DNA of 64,000 bases from Phoronis australis (lineage: Eukaryota; Animalia; Phoronida), in contig NMRA01000804.1 of assembly GCA_002633005.1 (NCBI GenBank), positions 74,417 through 138,416 of the forward strand, in the 5' to 3' direction. This document shows positions 23,901 to 37,528 of the stretch, piece by piece; positions within the stretch are counted from its first letter, which is position 1; each line of letters starts with the position of its first letter. The position numbers and the translations under genes were made by a program. Under the pieces are notes generated by a model, which was given only the letters and a program-made list of their open reading frames with translations, was not told where the DNA came from and ran no database searches.

Positions 23901-26900
23901 GAAAGTTTCTTTGCAATCCAACAACAAATAACACAAGCAGTATTAGTGATTCTACCTCATCATATATCCAGCAAATTTATTCAGTCCTGGGAAATGTACT
24001 TCTATACAAAGCATGCACTGAAAGAGTTAAATTATGCGTAATACCATAACAACAATTAAATGGTACACTTATAATAACACAACAGTGTTCCCTCACAATA
24101 ACACCATAATCAGGTCTACTTAGGAATTCAGATGTGTTGATGCAGAAAATGCCAGACAACTGGCTATCAGTCAATAAAAACAACAAGACTAGTGGATGTG
24201 TTTTTGTAGCAGCTATCACATGACAATCTCAACAAATTAAATAAACAGCAATAACAGTCAGGAGAGCATGCAAGCAAAAACATGACTTGTCATTTGGTAG
24301 ATAATGGATGACAAACCATTAAAGATATGAGGGACCCTCAGTAGAAAAATGGTGGTCAAAACAGGCTAATTTCCGAAGATCATACATCAGGAATGGCTGA
24401 CCCAATTCATCTGAAATTTTGAGATACTATGCTTTAGCGCGCAATCCTCTGAACAGTTTTAGGAGTTGTCTTTACAGCGCTCCACTTCAGCACGCGGGGC
24501 TATCACAAATAGGACTAAAATTATTTTCCATTAAAATTCTCAAAAAGTTGCATAAGATACAAAAATGTCAAACAAAATTTGGTTATACAATCCATAACAT
24601 TGGTTTTCTATGAACGCGTCTTTCCTTTTTTCCTAAATTTTTATTAAAAAAGATATGGTCATGTGACCAAAGTACTTGCAGTTTGATATGAAGTCATAAA
24701 TTAAACTCTTAGCTTTCCACTTTCTGAAACTTGGAATAAAAATATACCTTTCTTTAGCCAAATTATAGTTGATATTTGACTAAATATACAATCGTGTCCA
24801 TTAAGTCCTACAAAAATTTAACTGCATTTCCTAATAAAAGGCTGTACAGGTGTTACAAGTCAAGGACACTAAAGCAAATTCATGGAAATGCATATTATAT
24901 GGGTCAGTAACAACTGAACTTGTGGCCTCAGCACTTGATTTATCTACAAGCATATCAGAGAGGACTCTTCCTTATGTGAGGAACGTTCAGTACAGCCAAG
25001 TGAGTGAGGGGGGAGTGAGTGAGGGGGGAGTGAGTGAGGGGGGAGTGAGTGAGGGGGNNNNNNNNNNNNNNNNNNNNNNNNNNNNNNNNNNNNNNNNNNN
25101 NNNNNNNNNNNNNNNNNNNNNNNNNNNNNNNNNNNNNNNNNNNNNNNNNNNNNNNNNNNNNNNNNNNNNNNNNNNNNNNNNNNNNNNNNNNNNNNNNNNN
25201 NNNNNNNNNNNNNNNNNNNNNNNNNNNNNNNNNNNNNNNNNNNNNNNNNNNNNNNNNNNNNNNNNNNNNNNNNNNNNNNNNNNNNNNNNNNNNNNNNNNN
25301 NNNNNNNNNNNNNNNNNNNNNNNNNNNNNNNNNNNNNNNNNNNNNNNNNNNNNNNNNNNNNNNNNNNNNNNNNNNNAGGGGGTTATTATGTGGATTGTAC
25401 AGTGTGCTGCACTATGCAATACACAGAGCACAGTGTGACAGAGAGCAGGTCCTCTGCTGCCTGAAATACTTCATAAAATCACTTGACGCATTTTGAATTA
25501 TGGCATGTATACACCAACTCTGGTCGTTCCAGGGCACATTAAATCTTCACTTATTTCACACCAAAACAATCGCTAAAATTGTGATTTTTCTATCTCCCTA
25601 AAGCTGATTGCTTTGAATTTCACAAACTTTACCGAATGTCAACACAGTGCAAACTAGATTACTGATGGACTAAAATGTATTTATTTTTTTTATTTTTGTA
25701 CAGAAATTTGACCTACGGCGTTTTCTCTAATATTTTCCCTTGGAGTTTTGTGTCCGCATTAATAGAGAAAAAAATTGGCAGTACGAACTATTTGAGAAGT
25801 CGAGTGTTCGAATTATTAGCGATAAAGATCAACGATAACAATGAGTGCAACGACAGTGAATTATATCACAACAAGTAACAAATTATTTTCCCGGGTGATG
25901 GATTTACTTCGAAATATAATACTTGAACTCTCTGTCACCCTATTTTCTTCCCATGTTCGCAAACTTCAGAAACCACACTGCCTTCAGTACCAACACTTTC
26001 TGCGATGTCGGGGGTCTCCAACACTTAGTTTCTGACTGTAGTGGACTTAAGATAAAACACGTATTCGAAAAAATCAGGCCAGAGATGGGGGTTTTGCCAA
26101 CACTCCCAATTCGATTAAGAAGGAAAAGCTCTCGGATTTTGAACAAATCTCATACCAGACGGAAAGGTGTAAAATTCTCCCTATTCAGATGAAATTCTCC
26201 GTAGTTTTCTGCAAATGATGTTCGTTGCCACTGAAGGGAGAGTGTGCCTTACAGGGTTAACTTGCTGCTTCTCGATTTCAGAATTCAAAAGTTGGCAATA
26301 CCTTACTGGATTTTGTGTATCATCTTGAAGCAAAAAAGAATGCAAGCCAGGTTTTGTTTTTTGCTAATTGTCAACCAAACTGGTGTTAGCATATGTCACC
26401 AATGTCAGTAGCGGTTCTTCAAAACTGATAAGTGTACGCATAAGCATGTAATTACTCACAGTCAGTCCAAAGTTAAAGAAATGTTGTGTGCCCTGGTGCT
26501 CAATTAAAACAATCTATAATGTCCGACTTAAACCTACCAATGCACTGGGTTTGACCATGTTCACACCTGGTCAGTAATAAGCCAGGTAGATAATTGGCCT
26601 GCATGTTAACATACCAGACAAAAGACTATGGAGGGCAGTTAACAAAGGAGCTAGATGTTATCACACGCCTTTTCACAACAGCTCTATGTCTCAGGTAAAT
26701 TCCCTGAATGGGAGAATGCCCTAACGAGGCTAATCAGGAAATCTTGCATTAAAAAAAATGTTTTTCATCACAAAGTCCGAAGAGTTGGTCACTAAATGAA
26801 TGAAACATCACTGTCACTGATGTTTTAACGCATATAATGCCGTGGTCCAAAGTTTTTGCCGGCTCATCCAAAAATTTGTAAAAGTACCCAAAAACAGGAG

Positions 26901-29900
26901 CCAAGGAAACGCGTCAAAGATTGGCTCAAACATGTTGTCCAAAGTTCACGCGACATGTTTACCACTCAGTGATGAGGGCTGCTCTCTGTTAGTGTTCAAC
27001 TTGATTTGGAAACAGACAAATTACGGCCGAATTTGCACGAGTGCCAGGAGTTTACTTGCCACCAAAAACTAGGGTCGTGTACTTAGGAATTTCTAGGTCA
27101 CGTGCTGCGACTTGATAAGAGATGACCAATCACGGCTCGCTTTTCCAAATTTCAGGTCACGAATGTCTAGCACTCAGGGTCCCGGTCGATTACAACCGAC
27201 ACCAAACTTTAGCATACTTGTTGAGTGGGCATTGACGGATAGAGCTGGTCATTAACTTACCGCACCCTGCTGATTACCTGAATAATTGGTGATTTGTCCA
27301 CAAGTTATTTTTTACTGACAAAGATACGTGCATGAAGCCATGAACTATTTCTCGCTCAGCTACCTATTGTATGAAGTATTTTTTCCCTAAGACCCCCCAC
27401 TGTACGGGTTCATTAGACTCATCCCCAGTAAAAGTCATTAGTATTTTTTACATAAAATATTAAGCAAATACTTGTCGCTGAGTAATGCCCTTGATGATTG
27501 GCTTACGTCTGCTAACCTCCGATTGTCATCTTCATTACGTATCGTGTTTCACGCAACGGCAACTGAAGTGAGCGGTGTCGGGTGTTCGAGATAAGATGGC
27601 CACACTAAATCTTACGTTGACAATTCATCGGGTTACGGAGTCTCGAATATAAACATTCCCAACCATAAAAAACACACCTGAATTAGTTTTTCAAACATTT
27701 ATTTCATCAAACAACTAATAAATTGCTTTCTGATTCAGAACTTAAGAGCTAATACACGCAGTTCTACTCATGTCACGGGACTGTAACCACAGATTTATAC
27801 TTTATGATGTAACCTCCGCAACACGAGAAGATTGCACGCACACACTTCTGCAATGTTGCCACGTGAGAATAGTTGCAACCCAAGTGGAGCACTGTGTGGT
27901 CACTTGTCGTCTGAGCACTCCTAAGTCACCGGAATCAGCTCTAACAAGACTACGGGATGACACGGTACTGTTACTCAGCACTTATGTAAATTTATTCGTG
28001 TAGGACTAATCTGGAGGTAACAGAATATTTGTTGGGAAAATCCGCTGTTATGACATTTTTACTGCCATGTGGAGACACACTGGAAAATCTTATCACCATA
28101 TCCATATTTGCTGTTGCGAACATGGCTATCTGACAAACTGCTTTTTGAGTTCTATGCTAGCGTAGTAAAGCAAATCACGGATTCCGATTACTTGAATAGA
28201 ATTGGTGCTTACTGATTTCTGTTCTTTTATAAGAATAAAAATTTCCATTTCACCTATCTAAAAAGCCTGTACGAACTGTTTTTTTCCGAGCAAATATGTG
28301 TACGAACTACTTTTCCCTCAGATGCCTACTGTACGAACTACTAGAGACAAACGCCATGTTTCAAGGACCGTGTACGAACTAACAAAGTGTGCGAACTATT
28401 AGAGAAAACACCATAATAAAATCTCAATTGTCTGCCATAGTGTGTGTTAAGTGCAAAGAATTGGGGTACCTGGTACTATATCAATAACTAATTATAATAC
28501 ATAACTAATTACAAGACTCATTAGCACCATCCAGTCTCTAGATCAGGAACCATTATCTACGTTTCTTTTGTGCAGAGCAGGTCAATTACACAATTAGCAA
28601 TGACTCCTTAAAGAAAATTGTTGTAGCATGAGATAATTCACCAGTTGGTATCAATGAATATGAGCAGATTGATATCAGCATTGGAAACCAGCTGATCTTT
28701 CCAACAATACCTCCTGAGAAAGATTTGTAATGGAGATACCTCCCTGCCTCAGTTTTGGGGTCCTCTGCAAAGTGTTTAAAAATCAACAGGAATTCTCCTA
28801 GACAGATCACAAAATTCAGGTCAAGTGATTAAAAAAATTACCTCCAGTTTAAAATCACTCGTAACTCATACATGTGGGGATTAAAAACTGCACAAAACAC
28901 TAGTTCTGGCTTGTTGAGGTAGAGTTGATGAGGAATACAGCGACCATGAAAAATAATGAGAGCAACAGAAGTGAGGGGAAGAATTTTCCCCTCGCCTAAA
29001 AAATCCTTTCTCGGAAGGCTCAGGCACTTTTTCTTCAGGTGTGGGAAGCCGTGTAATGAGAAGGGAACAAAGTGTCCCCCCTAATTTCACTAAGTACGCC
29101 TTGGCAATCTCTTCACCTAGATTTTGTGCAAGTTAGGGAAACCTCTGATAAGACCTGTTCTAGTAAGGAATTCTCCCCGTTGTGACTAAGACCTACCTTT
29201 GCCCCATATGGTCGCCTTCTCATCAATGTAATACTGGTCCTCCTTTACCGTCCGTCTCTCTCCACTTCTCGTTATCCGCCACTCCACGTGCGCTTTACCT
29301 CTCAAGAAGACCTTCACACCTGAACATTTAAATACATAGAAACGACATTTACATACTCTTAGCACACAGCATAGAAACATGAGAAGATATACAGGCATCT
29401 AGAAGCAATAGATAAGGTAACTGCCTTCGCAGGCATGCGACTACATTTTACCTAAAACATCTTTTCACAAACATTTGAGGAAATTTGTACCTTGTCAAGG
29501 AAGGAAGGTAAAGTTGAAACTAAACAAAAATGCCTATGGATACTTACCATTATACAGCATCTTGTTAATTTAATATAATTATGGATTTATTACCTGTGCC
29601 TTAATACTGTTAAAATTTATTAAAAATTATAAAAGTCATTCTATGTGGAATACCTTACCAGTCACCATTCAAAATTGTACTTCACCATCCCTTTTTAAGC
29701 AAGTTAAATCTCACCTTTCCAATATGTAAAATTACACTGGTAATTTTAAATTATTTTAATTTTAACTTATTTCACAAATTAGAGCTACAAACATACTTTC
29801 TGCCTTCAGCGTTACAGGTTTACATGAAAAAACGCTCAAAATTACATTTCTATGGCAACAACACCAGAAGTTAATGAAACAATGATTACCCCTGACTTTG

Positions 29901-30001
29901 AGATTCTCCGTGGTAACAATAATGACGTGTCCTGTCAGCAGTTCCCCCGCATAGTAACAGTCCTTATCAAGATCTATGTCGAACTTCTCGATGTAATCCA
30001 T
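14703..30001 (-). CDS. arrd-17: Alpha-arrestin (arrestin domain-containing protein, ARRD-17-like), 7 coding exons, ~402 aa
   Basis: Exons of 112+123+230+180+204+112+248 nt = 1209 nt join in frame. Arrestin_N motifs YYAGELLTGHV, LRGKAHVEW, GAHRYPFSFQLPESALPCSFESKLGTIRY; Arrestin_C AYCCGE, FPVTIATVP; tail VEGGMYISPEFQLGQVYDG recalled from ARRD-17-type proteins. Orthology unverified. Confidence 0.88.
14997..15324. repeat. Diverged direct duplication (~130-150 bp x2) in intron
   Basis: attgcagcttt..aaatgtcta..atttacaatgattaggttgcta..aatatccataaa twice. Confidence 0.75.
15726..15837 (-). CDS. arrd-17: Arrestin coding exon 6 (VSLLIDKRGEDLVLDFPVTIATVPYRISNSAPPEVKY)
   Basis: aattaacag acceptor, G|gtaact donor, 112 nt. 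Confidence 0.88.
16836..17039 (-). CDS. arrd-17: Arrestin coding exon 5 (FVEYYISSRGVLG...LIQIYYVLR)
   Basis: ttcgtttcag acceptor, AGG|gtaagt donor, 204 nt. Confidence 0.9.
17848..18027 (-). CDS. arrd-17: Arrestin coding exon 4 (ASFSSEDQQNTCCLCCNTGPLSL...AYCCGENL...YLLQ)
   Basis: ccctttctag acceptor, CAA|gtaggt donor, 180 nt. Confidence 0.9.
19255..19484 (-). CDS. arrd-17: Arrestin coding exon 3 (EKGEDISIPIMPRGAHRYPFSFQLP...MDERYL)
   Basis: catttccag acceptor, CTG|gtgagt donor, 230 nt. Confidence 0.92.
21340..21682. repeat. 21-bp minisatellite, ~16 copies
   Basis: Unit ctgcaacaccatgcatac(g/a)ca. Confidence 0.95.
25000..25057. repeat. 15-bp G-rich tandem repeat running into an assembly gap
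   Basis: (gtgagtgagggggga)n, ~4 copies visible. Confidence 0.9.
25058..25376. other. Assembly gap (319 N)
   Basis: Run of n. Confidence 1.
25714..28415 (-). mobile_element. Decayed Tc1/mariner-pogo-like DNA transposon
   Basis: TA-flanked inverted termini TACGGCGTTTTCTCTAATA / TATTAGAGAAAACACCATA; repeated gtacgaact subterminal motif; weak DDE-like remnant LNRIGSVGKTPI at ~26090-26125. Confidence 0.5.
29197..29319 (-). CDS. arrd-17: Arrestin coding exon 2 (GVKVFLRGKAHVEWRITRSGERRTVKEDQYYIDEKATIWGK)
   Basis: aatgttcag acceptor, G|gtaggt donor, 123 nt. Confidence 0.92.
29890..30001 (-). CDS. arrd-17: Arrestin coding exon 1 (MDYIEKFDIDLDKDCYYAGELLTGHVIIVTTENLKVR)
   Basis: ATG 30001-29999, G|gtaatc donor; acceptor tttctcatctgcag 30 nt upstream of the ATG. 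Confidence 0.9.
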
Positions 30002-33000
30002 ACTGTGGTGTAACCTCTCGTGGCTGAGATTCTGCAGATGAGAAATAATGCATGTGATGTGGGTGACGCACACAAGCAACCAGCAATGATTTACATCGGC
30101 CGACTCAATATTCAACGTGCTCGCCACGAGCGGCTTGATTATATGACTAGGAAGTGCTAATAAAGACAGACTCCTCTTTTAATCAGAGTTGCGTAGGCAG
30201 AGACAGCCATGCATTGAACACCAACCGTGAATTCTATTCCATGGTTTTTGGTCTCTATACCATAATTCAATAGTCCAACCTCACCGACCAATCACTTCAG
30301 TGACTGTTATTTTGCTCTAGGTCATGGCTCAAGTGAACCCGCTACTCACTGCCTGATCTTGTTTTTCTCGCATGATACTTGGTCTAGGAAGATACCCTGA
30401 GTAGATCAGAAAATAGAAATCTGTTGACTAGCATGGGAAGCATTTGATGGATGGGTGCACAGTTTGGGCTTAAAGGGGGGAACCAGTTCACATAGTGGCT
30501 TAGAATTTTGAGGATGGCTGTAAATCTTGGGTGTCATTCATAAACGACAGGCCTTTTGAAATAGACATGCAGTTCTTTGTAAACCCTGCTCTTAGTGCAC
30601 AACAGCCCCAGTTGGGCTGTGTAACTAAACACAACTTAACAAAGGATTTATGGTCCCGGCTGAGATGAATCATTTTATTACCCCTTGTGGATCGGTGAAT
30701 AGCCAAGACCATAATATAGTGGTTCCATGTGCCCAGTGATAGGAAACCTCACTTTTTCAGGTAACACCGTTGTTTTACGTAATAAACTCACCCAGCAAAA
30801 TTTACGTCCCCATCATTCCACATGAATTGATTGAGAGGAACTGATTTGCTAGCATCAAAGAGTTAATGCTGCGTCCAGACAAGCAATTAAACTGAGGACA
30901 ATTTGCACCTGGCACCACATGCCTACAATCAGCTGAGTTTTCACATGACAATACCACAACTGGAGTGCCAAGGCAATAGTAGACTGAATAGAACACAGCT
31001 TTGTGTGGCATTGGATCAATAGTGAACGATGAAAAAGGTCAAAATAAAAATGTACGGATACTTGAATAAATAAAATGGACACATAAGCTTAAATATTTCC
31101 ATAAGTCTCTTACTGGGTACAACAAATGCTCTTATGTGTCAAGTTTGAGCACCACGAAATAAGAGATTATTGATGATTCTTCAAAAAATCGTCTAGATAA
31201 ATGGTAAGGTTCCATTGCTTTTGATGGAGTCTTTTAAGTTTTCATGGAAACAATGATCTACAGGCAAAACCAAGATGAGTTTTATGAAACTCTTCTACTC
31301 AGTTAGAAACTCCGCCCATTTCATGACACCTTCCATTTCATCATCAGATTTGTACAAGAACTGCTGTTGTCAAGATCCCTGTTTATCAGGAACTCTCATT
31401 TAAGGTCATTTTGTGTGGGGCAGACCAATAACTGCATTAGCAATAACTTCACGGTTATAAAACACTGCTGACAATAAATTGATATATCTGGGTAAAAATG
31501 GTGATTTTTTAAATAGTTTGGCCTCTGAAACTGAATTTCTAGTGAAAAGTTGGTTATGTTAGGATTCTTTTTTACCCAAAGAAATGATTTTGACCAATAA
31601 ATTAGTACCAAATAAGACTTAAGAACAGGCGTATAGCTTTATATAAATGTCATTAAGTACACAAAGGTTCTATTTTTCCCAGTGGTATTGCATTCCCCCA
31701 CGTCTCATTTGACAGATACATTTACCTGTATAAGGGTTATTTCACATAATTATCACTAAATAGAACACCTGCATTATCTTGTAACACAACTTGTCGACTT
31801 GCCAATAAGACAGTGAGGATGTGCCGTAAGGGACATTCTGCCTTCTCAAGTATTATCAAGAAGGGCACTTTAAACTCTTGCGTATTGTCTTGGGTGGATT
31901 TTTCAGCTTTGTGATATCAAGTCCAGGGTTTTTTGCTCTCTCAAAAGGCAGACAACTCAGCTTTGTATTACCACTAATATCATCTGGATGTGCTAAGCGG
32001 AGAACATGCCACCTATTGTTTAGAGATTGAGTATTTGCACCTCTGGTTTCTCACGTATTGTGTGCATGGGGACGCATAATACTAGTTGAGCTCAAACGAA
32101 ACAAGTGGGGTTCCATTTTGATTTCCTATTAACTTGATCTGGTCTAAATGCTTATTTGCCAGTTCCCAAATAATCCGTTGCAGGTCTGCATTTTGCAGGA
32201 GCAACCACACTCCCCTGCTCTGTAAACCCACAAAAGACAGATGATATACACCCTCAACATCTGGGGATACTCCCATACATGAAATACAGAGTCGTGTTGC
32301 TAAGAAAGTAGCTTTATCAAGACCAGTGTCATATGAAAAGGTGACTTTCTCACACAAAATTACCAAAGTGTTCAAAGTGGGAGTTTGGAAACTCAACAAA
32401 GGTTTCTTTTCCAACTAAACAAAACTGCAAATTATGTTATGACATCTATATTGAAAATTGTTTGTTGTTCTACCCATTTTTAACAATGGCAGTGTTGATG
32501 AGATGAAAATTCAAGTCAGCTGTCCAAGAATTTCTACATTGGGGTAAGGTATATATATGGCATTAACCCCTTATAACGGGCTATATCGCAAAAAGATGAT
32601 TTTTTCATGGAAGCAGCCTTACAAAGTGGGTCCTTTTTTAGTTCACAGGTAAACAAATTTTGCAGCAGCAACTCCCCTAAAAAAATACCAAAATCCCCCC
32701 CCCCAGGGGATGTACTCATCATCTGGTCACTCACCACGCTTGCAGTAACCTTTTCATAGTACCACCAGCGCCCTCATGATGCGTGTGTCGATGAATGATT
32801 AACGTAACCTGTAAAAAGATCAATAAGCTGACGTTACTGCGTGTCACAGTTTCGGTGGTAATTAATCTTTCATTAATTGTGTCAACAGTCAGAGTCAGAT
32901 GTTGTTTGAACATGACAGAACCACTATATGCAATCAATGACGTACTTAAGGCTGTTGGAAAGATATCACCAGTCAGCACACTTTTCCCCAAGTTCAATTA

Positions 33001-35750
33001 TGACTAAAAGTACATCGATCTCTTCGCATGCAAACAATAGGCTGGTTCACCTGTCAAAGCTGCTAATGCAGCAACTTTTCAATTATTTCTCATAAAAATC
33101 ATTGCCAAAATGCAATTTTCCAACTTTCAAAGGCCGGATACGTTGTAAAGAACAATCTAAGTATTACTAAGTATTGCGTGTTTCATGACAGCTCCAACTC
33201 AATGTTTTTCTATGCTCACCGTAAAGCGGAATTTTCTCTTTTTATAATTTATACGTATAAAGGTAAATTTGGCAAAATAGTTTTCGCTGGTCTGCCATAT
33301 TCATGTGCTATGTTGATGAAACATCGCGGTGACTACACTTAAGACGGTAAAATGATGAAACACTTACTTAGGTTTACCTTAAATCATTATTAGGTTACCT
33401 CGGTATCACAATCAATGACTGCATAGCAGGTTAAAACACAGTAGACAAATACTGCATATTTACATAAATCTAAGAACAGTTGATTACAAACTATTATAAT
33501 TCCAGAGAACTTTGCCACACTAAGTATTAAAATGGTCTCCTGCAATACAAAACTGCATACCTGTAACATAACCTGGTGTTTAACACAATTCAACACAGTG
33601 GTGTTGTCACTGTCAAGGTCGGCTCTGAACTACACAGTTAATGTATATATTTTACTGTAAAAATGTATATAAACCTTGCAGGTCAGAGTTACATGACAGA
33701 TGTTCAATTGAGGGCTTGAGGCAGCAACCAGGTGTATATAGACAAGGTCAACTAGTCAACAGCTACGGTAACAAATGTACTTTAATAAAATTGGAAGGAA
33801 ATTTATAAAATGTCGAAAAACCCATTATGGTCCCTAAGAATTTTCTGTGAATAAAATAAAAATTACATTGAGTCCAGGACGGACAATGAGAGAAAAATAA
33901 AATTTTTAACAAATAGAATTTCGTAAAATTTGGGGCATTTTAAAAATTGAACTATTTATAGCTGTTTTTTCCCATTCTGATTATCAACAGTTACAAATAA
34001 AGGTATTCCAGCAGCACTGATTGGCCTTGCATAATCCGATAAACAAAACAGCTGAATTCTGACACCAATATCGTATAAATTTTGACCTATATCAGTGGGA
34101 CGTGTTGGAACCTAACATGACAGCAGGGGAACTGTCTCTACACTCAGGCTGAATAAAGCAGTCTATGATGTCCAATCCCATGCAACAAGGCAGAAAACCA
34201 ACAGATAAAAACAACTACCAATGATGATGGAATGATAATCAATTTATCCACTCTCAGAGGACAATTATTAACTTTGGGTCTTCGTTTGTCATTGACAAGA
34301 AAAACACAGTAAAGAAAACAGCCACCATGATTTTCAAGTCCCTAAAAACAATACCACAAAATATGAAGCATGGCATGACACACACAATGACTGGAGATGA
34401 AGTCTCATGTAAATCCTGAACACCAGTAGATCACTACACCACAAAGTCTAATCCCATTTAAAATCTCGGCCATCGAAGCTACAGTCATCCATACTAATCA
34501 GAAGATGGACGCCGCTAGTGTGCACAAGTGATCAATGCCTCGTTAGATTTGTAGCCAATCACCATATTTTAGAAAACACTCAGACTTGTCTGGTGTCTCC
34601 CACAACATGACATGACCAGTGAACGGAGCTAGTCACAGTCACCGCTCTCTGACAGATGAAAATCAATATTGAGCGATCCAACTCGTAAGCAGCACACTAG
34701 TAAGTTTAGAGATAATCTCACTCCCTACTGTGTACGAAGGGTTAACAAATCAATTACTGTGCACATTTTCTTAGTTCTGTGGAGATATTGGCATCGTAGT
34801 TCTCTCAACCAACTCTTCTAACTGTGCCTCGTGTAAATTGAATGCGTATATGAGTATAATCAATATACCTGAGCACAAGAGTCGTAAAGAATGACTTTTT
34901 GAGGAAATCCAGTAACAATATGCAGGAAGAGTACTTGGCAGCAACAGTACGCCATCACTAACATTTATCAAGAACATTACCAGACAACTCCTACACTAAG
35001 TAGATATTTTGTTACCACAACGCCAAGAAAGCCTAATCCTCATCAATTAACGATTTAATGCTCGTGGTTCAGCCACTATTTTGAAGAAAACTCACGATTC
35101 TGAAGAAAACTTACGGTATTTCCCTTACAATGTATCAATTTTAAAAATTCAAAGGTGCTTGCCATTTATGTTTCAATTTTAAAAACAGTCAAGCTCGTTT
35201 ATTTGCCTTACTTATTGGTCAATTTTTGATTTTGGAACTCTTACTCTAAACAGGCGTGTCGGTTTACAACCGAAATTATCTTATCCAACATGTTCAGCCA
35301 ACCCCACGAATAGTGACTGGTTCACTTCAATCCGTGACAGGCGTCATCAGGCCTTTGACGTGCCGCAACATTTGCTGGATACTTAGGGTAAACAATGCAC
35401 GCTTTCTTGTTCACTTGCGTACAAATCCTGCTACCAAAGGATTTGCCAAGTGATTGTGCCACACCAAGAGACTTTATAACCTCCGTAGAGGAGGTACACA
35501 GGATGTGCCACTTAGACAGGTGACATCTTCACCACAAGCATCCCTGATGAAAGGGTGCCTTTTCTGACAAAACAATGGTGCCTTTTCTGACAAAACTACT
35601 TACAAAAGTGTAATTAATGTTAAAAAACATTTTTAAATTTTTAATGCTTTAGTTGCAAAAGATGTACGCACCAATCTTCTAAAATATGGCATGTTTTAGA
35701 TTCTATGGCCTATAAATTCAGCCGTCCAAAAATCTATATAAAAGGATTAA

Positions 35751-37408
35751 AAGGGGACTGTAGTCAAAATAGTGTTGCAGTTAATCGGTTCTAACATACA
35801 AATAAAACTCACATTTGCCTGACTTGCGTGCCAAACAAAAGCCGATTCGTATTCATGGTCAAAACACCGAATCCTGAAAGCGATCGCTGATTGGCTGATA
35901 TGTCAGTGACGTGAATGGCGGGGTATCGACTGCTTTACACATTCATTGCTTATGTCATATTTTGAAGAGTTTACATCGTAATTTATCATTGTATCAAACG
36001 TCCTTATTTTTTATTGTTTGCCACAGTGCTGTAAAAGGTTCACTATGCCTTTTTGTATGGCATCTGGTTGCTCAAACTCTTCGAAAAAGGTGTCTTCTAA
36101 ACGGATGGTCATCGCATACCATTGCCGGGTTACCCAAGCCTTGGCCCAAAGGTATACTAAATATAGGCCTACAGGTTTGAGCCGATATGGGTAAAAATGG
36201 ACAAATGAAATCTGACTCGAAATTAATGCCATTAAAACTAATCTCATCCTTGAGTAAACCTAAGAACCTGAGGTTCCTAGAGTAAACTATATACTTCAGT
36301 ATTTACCGATGTTGGAAAAGTTAGCGACCGTTCATCGGCTGCTGCTAAAATTGTGATGTGTTCTCTTGAGTCGGCTTTTTGCGATTACGTCACCTGACCA
36401 TTACCAATTTCTTTTCCCCCGATTTTTTATTGAGTGTTCATCGCTGCCGGTACCTAGGTTGCATACATGTTACAACAAACTATCAGAACTTGTTTCACTT
36501 TGTTACAAGTTTTTAGTATTTTTATACCAGCAAACCGAATTTCAGAACAATCTTGGTGCTGCGAAGCTGTCATAATGTCCCGAAAGACGTCTCGAATTTT
36601 AGAAAATGGCGCGTGCGCCGTGTCACGAGCGTGCTTTTTTGAAACAAACGATACTTCTTTGTTACAAAAGGCGGCAAATTATGCTACCAGATGACGTTTA
36701 GTTGATTGTTTTCCACTTAAACGACTGCAACGAACAATGTGAGTGTCGGGTGATTCTCAGATTTTGCATGCGCCCCCGCCAGTCCGTTTGCTTTATGTAG
36801 CCTAAGTTTTACGACGAGGTGACGAGCATAAGTCAAAGTCACCGGTGCAACTATACCCAGGTAGTCAACGGCTGTCTGAAATTTTGAGGTTAACGGAGCT
36901 CAACACATAGTGGTACGATAGTCTTCATACAGCTATGATCGGTAACTTACCAACCCTTCAAGTTAACAGAGCTGAGTATTGGCTGACAGCTGGCTGACTA
37001 GAGTCCACATTGCCCACGGCACAGTCACACCAGTGTAAGGACTGGCTGACTAGAGTCCACATTGCCCACGGCACAGTCACACCAGTGTAAGGACTGGTTG
37101 ATGATGATGATGACTGGGTATCACTTTGTGTTGCCTCAGCTCAAACAGGTATCCCTGGTGACCCGACAATTCACACTAAAATTTCTTATTCTGACAATAT
37201 GAAAAACGCAACTTGACTGCACGCTAACACAGGACAGTGACTTTGCCCCCGCCAAATACGTCACGAGAAGCAGCGCTCCAAGCCGGTAATTTTTTGAGCT
37301 TCGTTAGAGAATAAAAGTTTACTTTTTGTTGTTGAATTATTTGTGAAAATAATCAACAATTCATAGAAAACTATCCAGAATTTGTTCAGAATAAAATACA
37401 GTTCCCTT
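35751..37408. mobile_element. Non-autonomous TTAA-flanked DNA element, Kolobok-like
   Basis: ttaa|AAGGGGACTGTA ... TACAGTTCCCTT|ttaa (11/12 TIR); internal part homologous (inverted) to ~59090-59580. Confidence 0.6.
36990..37098. repeat. 52-bp perfect tandem duplication
   Basis: ctggctgactagagtccacattgcccacggcacagtcacaccagtgtaagga at 36990 and 37042. Confidence 0.95.
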
Positions 37409-37528
37409 TTAAGTTAACTGAATTAACCCCAACAAAAGTGTCATGTTCATGGAACAAAACTACATAAAAGGATGACTTCTTCACGGAAGCGTCCTACAAA
37501 CGAGTCCCTTTTCTTTGAATTCACTTTC

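Noticed and set aside
24850-25464. ORFs of 129-204 aa
   Set aside because: Open only because they span the N gap and a 15-bp repeat
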